From positions 62,001 through 126,000 of the forward strand of contig JAHEAD010000003.1 in the NCBI GenBank assembly GCA_019721075.1: DNA of 64,000 bases, given 5' to 3'. The translations under genes and the position numbers were made by a program. Origin of the DNA: Candidatus Sysuiplasma jiujiangense (GTDB taxonomy: Archaea; Thermoplasmatota; Thermoplasmata; Sysuiplasmatales; Sysuiplasmataceae). The notes beneath the pieces are model-generated. The model had not been told where the DNA came from. It searched no databases and saw only the letters and a list, made by a program, of their open reading frames with translations. Within the stretch, counting starts at the first letter, position 1. Each line of letters begins with the position of its first letter. This document shows positions 30,279 to 40,054 of the stretch, piece after piece.

Positions 30279-30367
30279 TGCCGCAGACCGGATTTGAACC
30301 GGCGACTTTGAGATTTCCGTGTTGAAACACTTCAGTCTCACACTCTCCCAGGCTGAGTTACTGCGGC
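30279..30367 (-). tRNA. tRNA-Phe(GAA) with a 15-nt intron at position 37/38 (30315-30329)
   Basis: Minus strand: GCCGCAG acceptor stem, D-arm ACTC/GAGT, anticodon stem TGAGA/TCTCA, loop CT-GAA-G[TGTTTCAACACGGAA]A, T-arm GCCGG-TTCAAAT-CCGGT, CTGCGGC-A. Length 74 nt after splicing. Confidence 0.95.
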
Positions 30368-30391
30368 GCGTCGAGAAGGTAAACGCTGCCA

Positions 30392-30405
30392 TTATTTAAT
30401 TTAAA
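30392..30405 (-). promoter_or_regulatory. Putative TATA box of tRNA-Phe
   Basis: TTTAAATTAAATAA on the minus strand, 25-38 nt upstream of the tRNA 5' end. Confidence 0.5.
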
Positions 30406-30666
30406 TTGCGCGATGACCTGCAGGACGCACATGAATTATGCGACAGATCATCTCAGCACAGGCGACTCGCTTTCTGGAAATACATTCGGAAATCATCTGT
30501 TTCACAGGCCATTCCTTTGCAGCTAAAGGGGAAAGCTAAATCTGCCATTGCCATCGGAATGATGAAAAAATGCAAAAATTAAGCCTCAGATTTTAATCTG
30601 AGACGATAAAATTAAAGGATTTGGTAGCCGCATATGCAGCAAAGTCAAAACCTGCGGGTCAGTTAT

Positions 30667-31116
30667 TCAGTATCTGTCTCTGTCGTCCCGCCTGCCGCCA
30701 CCGCCGCCGCCAAATGACCTGCGCCTGTTGTTGAACGGGCGCCTTTCCGGCTGCTCGTATTCCTTGTCGCTTACGTTTACACCGGTGCTCGGGTCAGCTA
30801 TGTCCACTTCGCTCTTCGCTATCTTTCCGTACTTCCCAACGTTTACTCTTATGTGTCCTTTTACAAGCGATACGTATCCATTTTCAATCTGGATCGTTTC
30901 GCCCTCAGAGACTGTTCCAATCTGATCCTGCCAAAGGCTTAGGACCACGCTACCGGACTCGTCTGCTATAGGCACTTCAGCGACCTTTCTCGAAGGTCCA
31001 AACTTGGAGGGAATCTCTTTCGGCTCCCCCACTGAGAGTACTTTTGCTATCACATTGACGCTCTTTGATTCGGGCGTCAAATCGGCTATTTTTGTCAATT
31101 CCTTGCTCTGTTCCAT
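30667..31116 (-). CDS. ssb: Single-stranded DNA-binding protein (single OB fold with Gly/Arg-rich tail)
   Basis: KIADL, VNVIAKV, IADESGSVVLSLW, IENGYV, VGKYG. Disordered tail RRRSFGGGGGGRR. Confidence 0.88.
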   Translation of the reverse strand: MEQSKELTKIADLTPESKSVNVIAKVLSVGEPKEIPSKFGPSRKVAEVPIADESGSVVLSLWQDQIGTVSEGETIQIENGYVSLVKGHIRVNVGKYGKIAKSEVDIADPSTGVNVSDKEYEQPERRPFNNRRRSFGGGGGGRRDDRDRY

Positions 31117-31785
31117 CTATATTCTTCCTTGTTTACGCTTTTTGTCCCCTTATTCGGAGACTAACATTCAATTTACGGTGCTTTATTTAAAGTATCGCTT
31201 CGCAGGGGAGCAAAACAAAAGATACTTTATAACGTGCTATTACAGCTCAATAATGAACATTTATGGCGAATGCACATTCAGAACAGCCGAATTCGAGGCA
31301 GCGGAAGCGTTTCGCAAACTTACGAAAAACGAAATTAAACAACTGTTTTGCAACGCGTGTTAATGTAGTTCCCTTCCGGACACTGTTATTTCAGCCCATG
31401 TCTTGCAGGCCATGTCCGTATCCGGTTAATGCCTGATTTCTACAGCTACATACAGCTATGTTCATGGAAGTGATGTCCGCGGGGAGAGGTCAATGCCTCA
31501 AAACATGATCGGCAACGGTGTACCGGCTGCACGCTGCAAAGCTGGATGACACTCCCTTCAGGGAGTACATATGCCGGATGACATTCAAATGCCAATTTAC
31601 GATAATCATGGGTTTGGACGGAAATCAGAAATTAAGCAGACCCTGTCGATGGCCAAATGGATTTATAAGCGGGGACATGTCTATGACAATATACTGCCGC
31701 AGGAAAAAGGAAGACAGATGCCGGTAATCGTGCACTCTGACGGTTGCCGGAGTCTGCTTCAATTTCAAAGGCGGAGGGATATTTC

Positions 31786-32226
31786 ATGTTGGGAATAAAG
31801 GGCTGGGAAGTCAATACACTTGAAGCAAAGAGATTTTCTCAGCTTGGTGAAAAGATGGTAAATGTCAGGATAGACCACAACAGTACCGTGACGGCGATGA
31901 ATGCAGTAAGCAACACGGATGTCTCAATCGAATTCCGTTTTACAGCCAATTATACCGGAATGGGCTTCATCAAAATCGAAGGCAAGATAACAGTCAGCGA
32001 TGATTCCAGATCACCGGAATCGGTCGTGAAGGAATGGAGACAGACGGGCAACATGCCGACAGACTTTGCCAATGCTGTCCATAATGCGGTCATGGCCAAC
32101 TGCATCCCCACAGCGCTGCTGGTATCAAGGGATTTGCAGTTGCCGCCGCCTGTTCCGCTGCCGCAGGTTGACGTGGGACAGCAGAAACAGGGAAACAAGT
32201 CGGTCAAGGGGATGGAAGTGGCATAA
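31786..32226 (+). CDS. Hypothetical protein, possible SecB-like fold
   Basis: ATG at 31786 after GGAGGG. Alternating beta pattern (IEFRFTANY, FIKIEGKITV), then a helix and LQLPPPVPLP. The fold assignment is inference. Confidence 0.7.
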   Translation: MLGIKGWEVNTLEAKRFSQLGEKMVNVRIDHNSTVTAMNAVSNTDVSIEFRFTANYTGMGFIKIEGKITVSDDSRSPESVVKEWRQTGNMPTDFANAVHNAVMANCIPTALLVSRDLQLPPPVPLPQVDVGQQKQGNKSVKGMEVA

Positions 32227-32237
32227 ACAGAAGGCGC

Positions 32238-33884
32238 TTATTTAATGTGGCCCAGAGTAAAGGACCCTATCGTCAGTGAGCGCTTTGAAGCCGTGTATTT
32301 TATCTTATCCCTTGTCTGTGTTTCGCATATACCCTGAATTGAGATGAAGTTGTTCTGCCCGTCCGTCATGAATTCCATGACACCGTCCATTATCGAACTG
32401 ATTATCTGGACATCCTGATCGTTCATTATCCCCTTCTCCACACTGTACATACCGACGCTTCTGTCCTTCTTCCTCTTTGCGACGAAAGGCCTCATCAGCC
32501 TGAAAATGCTCCTGACGTCGTAGCTCGCACTCAGGCTCGAAATTGATCTGAAAACAAGACGGTAGCTCTTCTTCTCGACAATGTCGTTTATCGTCTTGAG
32601 GTGCTCCTCGACCATTGTGTTTATGCGCTCAATATCGGCACCATTCTCCAGGTATGCGGCGTTCTTGACTGATGTATTGTCTCCGATGGAACGGGAATAT
32701 GCATCTATGTAGAAAACCAGACCGAGTTCCTCATACTGGTCGTAGCCATTGATAACAACAGACATCTCCTCCCTTATCTCTGCAACTGTCTTGTCTGTTG
32801 TCACCCAGATCAGCGGTATTCCCTTCCTGAGTCCCTCAGCGGCAAAGGAGTTCATCGCAATTTCCTTCCCGACGAATGACGGACCGAAGATGATAACCTG
32901 GGCGCTTACCGGCAACCCGCCAAGGAGCAGATCGTCCAGACGCGGAGTTCCTGTCTTGACCTTCTCCTGCCTCAATTCGGAAACTGCAAGTTCCTCCATC
33001 GCCACGATCTCCTTTCCTATGAGAGCGTTTTCCCGGTTCCTGATTTCTGCTTCCTTCTGGGAAAGATATTTTTCCGTGGCCCTCAGTTTTTCTTCCTTTT
33101 CTTTTATCTGCTCTCTGAGATCCTCAAGGGCCTTCTTCAATTCCACCTCCTTCATCGAGCCGAGCTGCTGCTTCTTTATTTCTATCTGCCTCAATTGCTC
33201 CTTCATCAGCTCCTCCCGGTGCTGCAGATCCACCTCATGCCTGTTGAATTCTTCCTCCTTGAAGCGCAGCTTTTCCTCGAGTTCCCTGGATTTTTCATCC
33301 TTGAACTTCATTTCGTTTCTCAATTCGTCAATGGTCTTCTCGTAGTCCTTCAGTTTATTTTCATAAACAACCCTGTCTCTGACGAGTTCCTTGACTTTAT
33401 CCTCGAGATTACCAGAACCCATGACAGATACTGCTTCTATCGCCTTTATTTCAGTCCTCAGACTGTTCACTGTCGATTCGGCCTCTGAAAGTTTCTTCCG
33501 GAGCTGAATAACTTCGCTTTCATCCACGGAATTGGGCAAGTCGGCAGTTGACTCATTCTTATGTTCTGTTTGCGTACCTTCGGATGCCGGAGTAGCCGGA
33601 GTGCCGGTTTCATCTTCGACAACTGAAACAAAGTGTTCCGAATTGCCCGAGAGCCACTGCAGTATGGGTTCGAGATCCTCCTCGCCGTTTTCAGTGACAG
33701 TGGGAGGGTACACTCCAAAACTCGCACTATCATCTCCATTCCGGTGAAATGAGGAATCGCCCAGTGGCCCGCCCGTGCTGATGGAGACTCTATTGCCGCA
33801 GTACGTGCAGGAGCCTGACTGATCGAGCTCATTGCCGCATACGCTGCACTTTCCACGTGTCTGCAGACCGCCTTCTCCGTTCAA
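32238..33884 (-). CDS. Zinc-ribbon / coiled-coil / KaiC-like (RAD55) ATPase fusion protein
   Basis: N-terminal CSVC...CTYC, a long coiled coil, then a KaiC domain (KTGTPRLDDLLLGG, variant Walker A GPSFVGKE, IDAYS, MDGVMEF). Confidence 0.85.
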   Translation of the reverse strand: MNGEGGLQTRGKCSVCGNELDQSGSCTYCGNRVSISTGGPLGDSSFHRNGDDSASFGVYPPTVTENGEEDLEPILQWLSGNSEHFVSVVEDETGTPATPASEGTQTEHKNESTADLPNSVDESEVIQLRKKLSEAESTVNSLRTEIKAIEAVSVMGSGNLEDKVKELVRDRVVYENKLKDYEKTIDELRNEMKFKDEKSRELEEKLRFKEEEFNRHEVDLQHREELMKEQLRQIEIKKQQLGSMKEVELKKALEDLREQIKEKEEKLRATEKYLSQKEAEIRNRENALIGKEIVAMEELAVSELRQEKVKTGTPRLDDLLLGGLPVSAQVIIFGPSFVGKEIAMNSFAAEGLRKGIPLIWVTTDKTVAEIREEMSVVINGYDQYEELGLVFYIDAYSRSIGDNTSVKNAAYLENGADIERINTMVEEHLKTINDIVEKKSYRLVFRSISSLSASYDVRSIFRLMRPFVAKRKKDRSVGMYSVEKGIMNDQDVQIISSIMDGVMEFMTDGQNNFISIQGICETQTRDKIKYTASKRSLTIGSFTLGHIK

Positions 33885-34268
33885 GAATATTCACTGGCAG
33901 AGGATTACCCGATAAGTCCGTATTTAACCGTTCGCTGTAAATTTTCAATAAAAGCATTATTGCATACTCAATAATCTGGACAGGCAATACGCATTCCCGC
34001 CCGGCCCTGACACTCCTGACAGCGTGTTTTTGTCTGAAAGGCCCTGCATGCCGCAGAAATTTGCCGATTGAAAAGAGCATGGATGATGTGGTTCAGGTCA
34101 TTGAGTGGCACCCGGATCCTGGAAACAATCAATACGCATCCAGTTCAGATTAACCGCCACTTCGGTATCCGGGGCGCTATGCAAACCAGGTATTGCATCC
34201 GGGCCCTGTCTAATCCTTCTGAGCCCTGGCCTGAAACAGCGTTAAACGGCAGGTGACGCCCGTCTCTC

Positions 34269-35507
34269 TCACTTCGGTTTCCTGTAATCCATGATAGACT
34301 TTGGCATAGCAAAATCCTTCATATTCAGTTCCGTAGCGGTCTTCCAGTAGACGGTGGGGTATATGAGCTTCTTCATCGCAGAAGCCCTCTTCTTGTTCTG
34401 TATGACCGCGTCGAATATCTCGTGTATTACTTCATCCATGCTCTTTTCCCTTCTGAATCCCAGCGAAGGAAGTATTTTGTGTTCAACCTCGTAAATATGC
34501 TCCTCCTTCTCCACCCTCGGATTCTCAACGTACTCCATGCCCGCATCTATGCCGTATTCCCTGCCGATCTTCTGCACCTTTTCCGCCAGCTGGAGCGTAT
34601 CGTATATTTCATCTATCTGGTTGACCACCCTGTATTTTCCCTTCTCAGGCGGATTGTCCAGCAGAAGCGTGAGGCAGTTAACGCTGTCATAAAGGGAAAG
34701 GAAGCCACGCGTCTGCCTTCCCTTGCCGTATATGAGCAGCTTGTTGAGCAGGACCGACTGAACCACATACTTGTTTATCACGGTCCCCCATATCGAGTCG
34801 AAATCGAAGCGTGTGGCGAGTGCGTCGTTTGTGATCTCGTCGACCCTGGTGCCGAATACGACACCCTGCATCACGTCCGTTGCGGTTATGTCGTACACCC
34901 TGTTTGCCATTGCCACATTATACGTATCGAATATCTTGCTGAGGTGGTACCAGCTGCCTCCCATCCTCGGAAACATGAGCCTGGCTTTTTTCCCATTCCT
35001 TTCCAGCTCTATGTCCCCTTCTGTAATCTCTATTCCGGGTGTTCCGTACTCTCCCATGCTTCCCATCTTCAGCAGATGCGCATCAGGCACGTGCCTCACC
35101 ATTGAGAAAAGCACGTTGAGGTTTGTTGCTATGTTGTTCAGCTCGGTATAGAGCACATGCTCCTGATCCACCATACTGAAGGGCGCAGATCTCTGCTGTG
35201 CAAGGTGGACAATATTTTCCGGTTTATATTTCTCGATTATCCTGTCAACCGCCTTCGGGTCGCGTGCATCGGCCTCCACGAAGGTGATGTTCCTCTTCCC
35301 GGTCTCCTTCGTGTATGCTGAAAGCCTCTCCTTCATTGACCGTATGGGGACAAGGGTGTCGGACTTAACCGATTTGACCAGTTTCCTGGTGCACAGGTTG
35401 TCAACAATGATTATTCTGTCGTCCCTGCGAGCACCAAGATGAATCGCGAGGGGCCATCCGATATATCCGTCTCCACCAAATATAACAGTATTTGACGTAA
35501 TGAACAC
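34269..35507 (-). CDS. agl3: UDP-sulfoquinovose synthase (SqdB/Agl3 family)
   Basis: GGDGYIGWP, HLAQQRSAPFSM, KMGSMGEYGTP, WYHLSK, TRFDFD, YGKGRQTRGF, ENPRVEKEEH. Confidence 0.9.
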   Translation of the reverse strand: MFITSNTVIFGGDGYIGWPLAIHLGARRDDRIIIVDNLCTRKLVKSVKSDTLVPIRSMKERLSAYTKETGKRNITFVEADARDPKAVDRIIEKYKPENIVHLAQQRSAPFSMVDQEHVLYTELNNIATNLNVLFSMVRHVPDAHLLKMGSMGEYGTPGIEITEGDIELERNGKKARLMFPRMGGSWYHLSKIFDTYNVAMANRVYDITATDVMQGVVFGTRVDEITNDALATRFDFDSIWGTVINKYVVQSVLLNKLLIYGKGRQTRGFLSLYDSVNCLTLLLDNPPEKGKYRVVNQIDEIYDTLQLAEKVQKIGREYGIDAGMEYVENPRVEKEEHIYEVEHKILPSLGFRREKSMDEVIHEIFDAVIQNKKRASAMKKLIYPTVYWKTATELNMKDFAMPKSIMDYRKPK

Positions 35508-35645
35508 CAGCCGGGATTAAATTCGACAGAATCATGGCACTAATAAACCTTTCCGGTGTCTGCGGCTCCGGCACTCATAAACGGATGAATTGAGGCAGTT
35601 CGTCTCATTTTTATACTGACTTCACAATGACTTGAAGGAGTTAGG

Positions 35646-36218
35646 ATGACCGGAGAACTGGAAAGGGAAATTGCCGCGGAGATCGAAGAATCGCTCAATG
35701 TCCACAGAATGCTCCTATCCGTCACAAAGGAGATTGCACAGGCTGCGGCAATTTTAATCGGATCTTACAAATCCGGAGGCAGGATGGTCATTTTCGGCAA
35801 CGGCGGAAGTGCTGCCGACGCCCAGCATATTGCAGGCGAACTGGTAGGAAGATTCAAGAAAGAGAGGAGGGCCATCGACGCAATTGCACTCACAACCAAT
35901 ACGTCGATACTCACGGCAATTGCTAACGACTATTCATATGAGGAAATATTTGCCAGGCAGGTGGAGGCAAACTGCAGCAAAAATGACACGGCAGTCGGCA
36001 TTTCCACAAGCGGAAAATCAAAAAATGTACTAAAGGCGCTTGATTCGGCAAGGAAAATAGGATGCAGGACGATAGGTCTTGCAGGGGAGAACGGTTTCCC
36101 GGCTGGCAAAACCGATATCGACATAAAGGTACCGTCGAAGAATACCCAGCGGATACAGGAATGCCACATACTCATCGGCCACATACTGTCCGGGCTGGTG
36201 GAGGATGCGCTGGCATAA
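35646..36218 (+). CDS. gmhA: D-sedoheptulose 7-phosphate isomerase
   Basis: GNGGSAADAQH, TAIANDY, ISTSGKS, RIQECH. Confidence 0.93.
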   Translation: MTGELEREIAAEIEESLNVHRMLLSVTKEIAQAAAILIGSYKSGGRMVIFGNGGSAADAQHIAGELVGRFKKERRAIDAIALTTNTSILTAIANDYSYEEIFARQVEANCSKNDTAVGISTSGKSKNVLKALDSARKIGCRTIGLAGENGFPAGKTDIDIKVPSKNTQRIQECHILIGHILSGLVEDALA

Positions 36219-36333
36219 GGGATTGCACTGAGCAGGGCCGTATGCGCAGGGGCAGGCAAGAACAGACACAAAAGATAATATCATCACAAATCAATTAATC
36301 TTACAGAGGCCGATACTTGAAGCTGGTGCAGGC

Positions 36334-36540
36334 TTGAACAAAAACGAGAAGAAAATACACGTCAAAATCAAGAAGGGAAGCAAGCTGACGTTGAAGGACG
36401 TGTTGAAGAAGATAAAGGAAATTCAGGCCTCGAATCCGGATCTTGATGTTTTCTTTGACGGTGACGAATACGCAATCTGCAGCAGGCCGATAAAGAAAGA
36501 AGGACAGTTGACTGAAGCGAGAAACGGAGAAAGAAAATAG
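36334..36540 (+). CDS. Small hypothetical protein
   Basis: 68 aa, TTG start after GGTG. Protein-like core LTLKDVLKKIKEIQASNPDLDVFFDGDEYAICSRP. Confidence 0.6.
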   Translation: MNKNEKKIHVKIKKGSKLTLKDVLKKIKEIQASNPDLDVFFDGDEYAICSRPIKKEGQLTEARNGERK

Positions 36541-36679
36541 CCGGGCTGTTCAAACTGTGGAATACACCACGCCTGCGGACATGGACAGTTTTTCTCCGCG
36601 ATTCCGCTTCCGAAATGGGTTGTTCATTCCGATCTTAAACAACCGGAATGAAATACGGGTTTTTCCTGACACCGGGATT

Positions 36680-37150
36680 TCAGGCTTCCTGGGCTGCGGT
36701 CTCCTGATAGTTTCCAGCGCTTTCCTGATGTACCGGATTTGCGATGTCCTCGACCGACTGGATATATTTTTCAACAAAAGACTGCATTACTCTCTGGAAC
36801 GGAGCAAATTCATGCGTCTTCACATACCCTGGATATGTGTTCTCTATCCATTCCTTCTGGTTGTATGTCAGTTTTACGACAAACTCCTGGCCGCCCGGGC
36901 TTCCTCTCTTCAGTTTCGGAGGTTCGTTTGCCAGTAATGCCGCGATCTTGTTCAGAGTGTCGTTAGCCTCCGCCTCAATTCTCTGCGAGGGAAGCTCGGC
37001 AGCACTTGCGAGCGCAGTAACAACCGCCTCTTCTGCAGCGAGTGTCTCCTCAGGTGTGGGCGAGGTCACAACAGAACTTTCCGCAGATACGGCTGCTGCC
37101 GTCACATTGCCTTTTCTCCGACCGAACGCACGTTTCAATCTGTCAAACAT
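36680..37150 (-). CDS. Hypothetical protein
   Basis: Likely start MFDRLKRAFG (ATG at 37150). Ala/Glu-rich linker and a globular C-terminal part. Confidence 0.6.
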   Translation of the reverse strand: MFDRLKRAFGRRKGNVTAAAVSAESSVVTSPTPEETLAAEEAVVTALASAAELPSQRIEAEANDTLNKIAALLANEPPKLKRGSPGGQEFVVKLTYNQKEWIENTYPGYVKTHEFAPFQRVMQSFVEKYIQSVEDIANPVHQESAGNYQETAAQEA

Positions 37151-37668
37151 TTTCCCATCCTCTTCTTCGTTTTGTTTCACCGAATAGGGAAATCTTCCGA
37201 TTTCCAATTCCAGCAGGCATATTGCATTTCAAGTATAAAATATTGTCTGACGATCGTATGACATATCTGGAAATTGGTAAAAAAGCGGAAACTGCAGGGT
37301 TATTTTCATTTCTGTCAGGCATACACAATATAAATAATGAATTTATTATTAAAATATATTTCGATGACCAGCTGCTGATTTATTTTAATCGCAAATTGTG
37401 GTTGAGCACACGGTGAAATATCCCTGATCCTGGCATTGGGAGGGGGTGTCATTCAATCTCCGGGCGGAATGCCCTCCACTCACCGTAAGAATTCCGGAAA
37501 GCGGAATCCAGAGCAGGTTTCGCCGCAGTCAGGGCGTATTGTGATTGAGTCCCGTGACTCCCGCAATCTCAAAATGTAAGCAAAAAGACTTAAAGCAAAA
37601 GGAATTGAATCAGTAGCGATCGAAGGAATGCTTTGAACCGTTCGGGAGAATTGCAGAGTGATTGAAAA

Positions 37669-39879
37669 ATGAGTGAAGGAATTACGCTGAAGGTTGCGCG
37701 TGCACACCATCAATCGGAAGTCGGCCTGGGAAGGGCCAGAATAGACACTGCGACAAGAAAGGAACTCCAGATTGAAGTCGGGGACATCATAGAAATCATA
37801 GGAAAGAGGAGGACAGCGGCAAAAGTCTTCAGGGCTTCGCATGAGGATGAGAACAAGGGCATAATCAGGATAGACGGCATGATCAGGGGCAATGCCGGCG
37901 TCAGCATTGGCGAGAAAGTGGTTGCCAAAAAGGCAGACGTGCAGAAAGCCGGAAAAGTGGTTGTCGCTCCGAAGATACCGCAGGGCAAAAAGGTGAAATT
38001 CGGCCAGGGCGTGGAAGAGCTGTTCAAAAAGGGGCTGATGAACCGGCCGCTTGTCAAGGGCGATGAAATAATAATTCCGAATATAGCGCTGATAGGCGAC
38101 TTCCTTCCGTTTGTTGTAATCTCGACAACACCGGCAGGTGTTGTCCTCGTTGTTGACACGACTGAACTCGTAGTCAAAAGCGAGGCTGTCGAGGTAAGCG
38201 AGTCGGCAGCGCCAATGATAACATATGATGACATCGGAGGGCTCGAAAATGAACTTCAGAGAGTCCGTGAGATGATAGAGCTCCCGCTGAAGCATCCCGA
38301 GCTCTTTGAGAGACTCGGTATTGATCCGCCGAAGGGTGTCCTGCTTTACGGTCCGCCCGGTACGGGCAAAACACTGATTGCCAGGGCTGTGGCGAGCGAG
38401 GCAGGTGCCAGCTTTTACTCGATTCAGGGACCGGAGATAATGAGCAAATATTACGGCCAGAGCGAGGAAAAACTGAGGGAGAAGTTTGAGGAGGCGGAGA
38501 AAAATGCGCCAAGCATCGTATTCATAGATGAGCTCGACTCCATCGCTCCGAAGAGAGAAGAGGTACAGGGCGAGGTGGAAAGGAGGGTTGTTGCGCAACT
38601 GCTCACGTTAATGGACGGACTGAGCAAGAGGGGCCATGTGATAGTCATAGGGGCGACAAACAGGGAGGATGCAATTGATCCTGCTCTCAGGAGACCCGGA
38701 CGTTTCGACAGGGAAATAGAGATCGGAGTTCCGACGAGGGACGGCAGGAAAGAGATAATGCTCATACACACCAGAAGGATGCCTCTTGAAGAAGGATTCG
38801 ACCTGAATAAATTCATTGATCTTACATACGGTTTTGTCGGAGCAGATCTCGCCGCCCTTGCGCGTGAGGCGGCAATGAAGACGCTTGTGAGATATATTCC
38901 GGAGATTGATCTCGATAAGCCGATTCCCGCCGACATGCTGGAAAAGATGAAGGTTACTGAACTTGATTTCATGAACGCACTCAAAGAGGTCGAGCCCAGC
39001 GCCATGAGGGAAGTGCAGATCGAAATACCGACGGTTGCCTGGAAGGATGTCGGAGGGCTTGAAGCAATCAAAAGACAGCTGTGGGAGGCAATAGAAATGC
39101 CGCTGAAATCGCCGGAAAAGCTGCAGAGACTTGGGATAACACCACCCAGGGGTATACTTCTTTACGGTCCGCCCGGTACGGGAAAAACACTGATTGCCCG
39201 GGCTCTGGCGAATGAGTCCAAGGCAAATTTCATAGCTATAAAGGGCCCGGAAGTAATGAGCAAATGGGTCGGCGAGAGCGAAAAAGCTGTCAGGCAGATA
39301 TTCAAGAAGGCAAAACAGGTTTCCCCGAGTATCATATTCCTGGATGAGCTGGACGCAATCGCGCCGCAGAGAGGAATGAGTTTCGATTCCGGTGCAAGCG
39401 AGAGAGTGGTTGATCAGATACTCACATCCCTTGACGGCCTGGAGTCGCTTGGTTCGGTTACAGTACTTGCGGCCACGAACAGGCCCGACATTGTTGACAA
39501 GGCTCTTCTCAGGCCGGGACGATTTGACAAGATTGTGCTCGTGCCGGTGCCTGACAAGGAGGACAGGCTGGATATTCTCAGGGTTCACACCTCAGGAATG
39601 CCTCTGAAAAACGTGGATCTTGAGGATCTGGCAGAAAGAACCGAAGGCTTTGTCGGAGCAGACATTGAAGCGCTGTGCAGGGAAGCCGCATTCAATGCCA
39701 TCAGGGAAAATCCTGATGCCAGGGAGGTGAAAATGTCAGATTTTGAGAAGGCTCTGACAACAGTATTCCCCTCGACAAATGAAGAAACAATGCGCTACTA
39801 TGAGCGCTTTGGCCATGACCTCAGGTCTGCTCTCATAAGAAAGGGAGAGAGTGCCGGAGGATACGGATACTACAGATAG
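37669..39879 (+). CDS. vat: CDC48/VCP-like AAA+ ATPase (VAT)
   Basis: N-domain (GRARID, IIRIDG) plus two AAA modules, each with [12 protein letters not shown] and ALxRPGRFD. Confidence 0.96.
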   Translation: MSEGITLKVARAHHQSEVGLGRARIDTATRKELQIEVGDIIEIIGKRRTAAKVFRASHEDENKGIIRIDGMIRGNAGVSIGEKVVAKKADVQKAGKVVVAPKIPQGKKVKFGQGVEELFKKGLMNRPLVKGDEIIIPNIALIGDFLPFVVISTTPAGVVLVVDTTELVVKSEAVEVSESAAPMITYDDIGGLENELQRVREMIELPLKHPELFERLGIDPPKGVLLYGPPGTGKTLIARAVASEAGASFYSIQGPEIMSKYYGQSEEKLREKFEEAEKNAPSIVFIDELDSIAPKREEVQGEVERRVVAQLLTLMDGLSKRGHVIVIGATNREDAIDPALRRPGRFDREIEIGVPTRDGRKEIMLIHTRRMPLEEGFDLNKFIDLTYGFVGADLAALAREAAMKTLVRYIPEIDLDKPIPADMLEKMKVTELDFMNALKEVEPSAMREVQIEIPTVAWKDVGGLEAIKRQLWEAIEMPLKSPEKLQRLGITPPRGILLYGPPGTGKTLIARALANESKANFIAIKGPEVMSKWVGESEKAVRQIFKKAKQVSPSIIFLDELDAIAPQRGMSFDSGASERVVDQILTSLDGLESLGSVTVLAATNRPDIVDKALLRPGRFDKIVLVPVPDKEDRLDILRVHTSGMPLKNVDLEDLAERTEGFVGADIEALCREAAFNAIRENPDAREVKMSDFEKALTTVFPSTNEETMRYYERFGHDLRSALIRKGESAGGYGYYR

Positions 39880-40054
39880 GAAATATCCCGCAGTTAGCCA
39901 CCTCTTCCGGCATGTTTCAGTATTGAAACCGCAAAACGCAAAACTTTTTTTCCCTGCGAATGAGCGGTTGGCGAAAATAACCTGTACCTGGCAGCTGAAT
40001 GCCTGAAGCGGAATAACTTGAAATATCAGAAAATCGAAGCGGAAACGAAGCAGA

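Noticed and set aside
30559..30602. C/D box sRNA (ATGATGA...CTGA) overlapping the palindrome CTCAGATT-TT-AATCTGAG
   Set aside because: No internal D'/C' boxes and the would-be guides are A-rich. More likely a 3' hairpin of ssb or chance.
33890..34265. Possible repeat or ncRNA in the intergenic gap (CAATACGCAT twice)
   Set aside because: Only a 10-bp match and no coherent structure found.
37396..37570. Assignment of this element as RNase P, SRP RNA, cobalamin/Moco riboswitch, or HDV/pistol ribozyme
   Set aside because: The diagnostic conserved motifs and spacings are absent. Kept only as an unassigned candidate RNA.
37480..39588. Long antisense ORFs (372 aa and 326 aa) opposite vat, and similar shadow ORFs opposite gyrA, agl3 and the pilus ATPases
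   Set aside because: They overlap well-supported genes and have no recognisable motifs. Typical antisense shadows.
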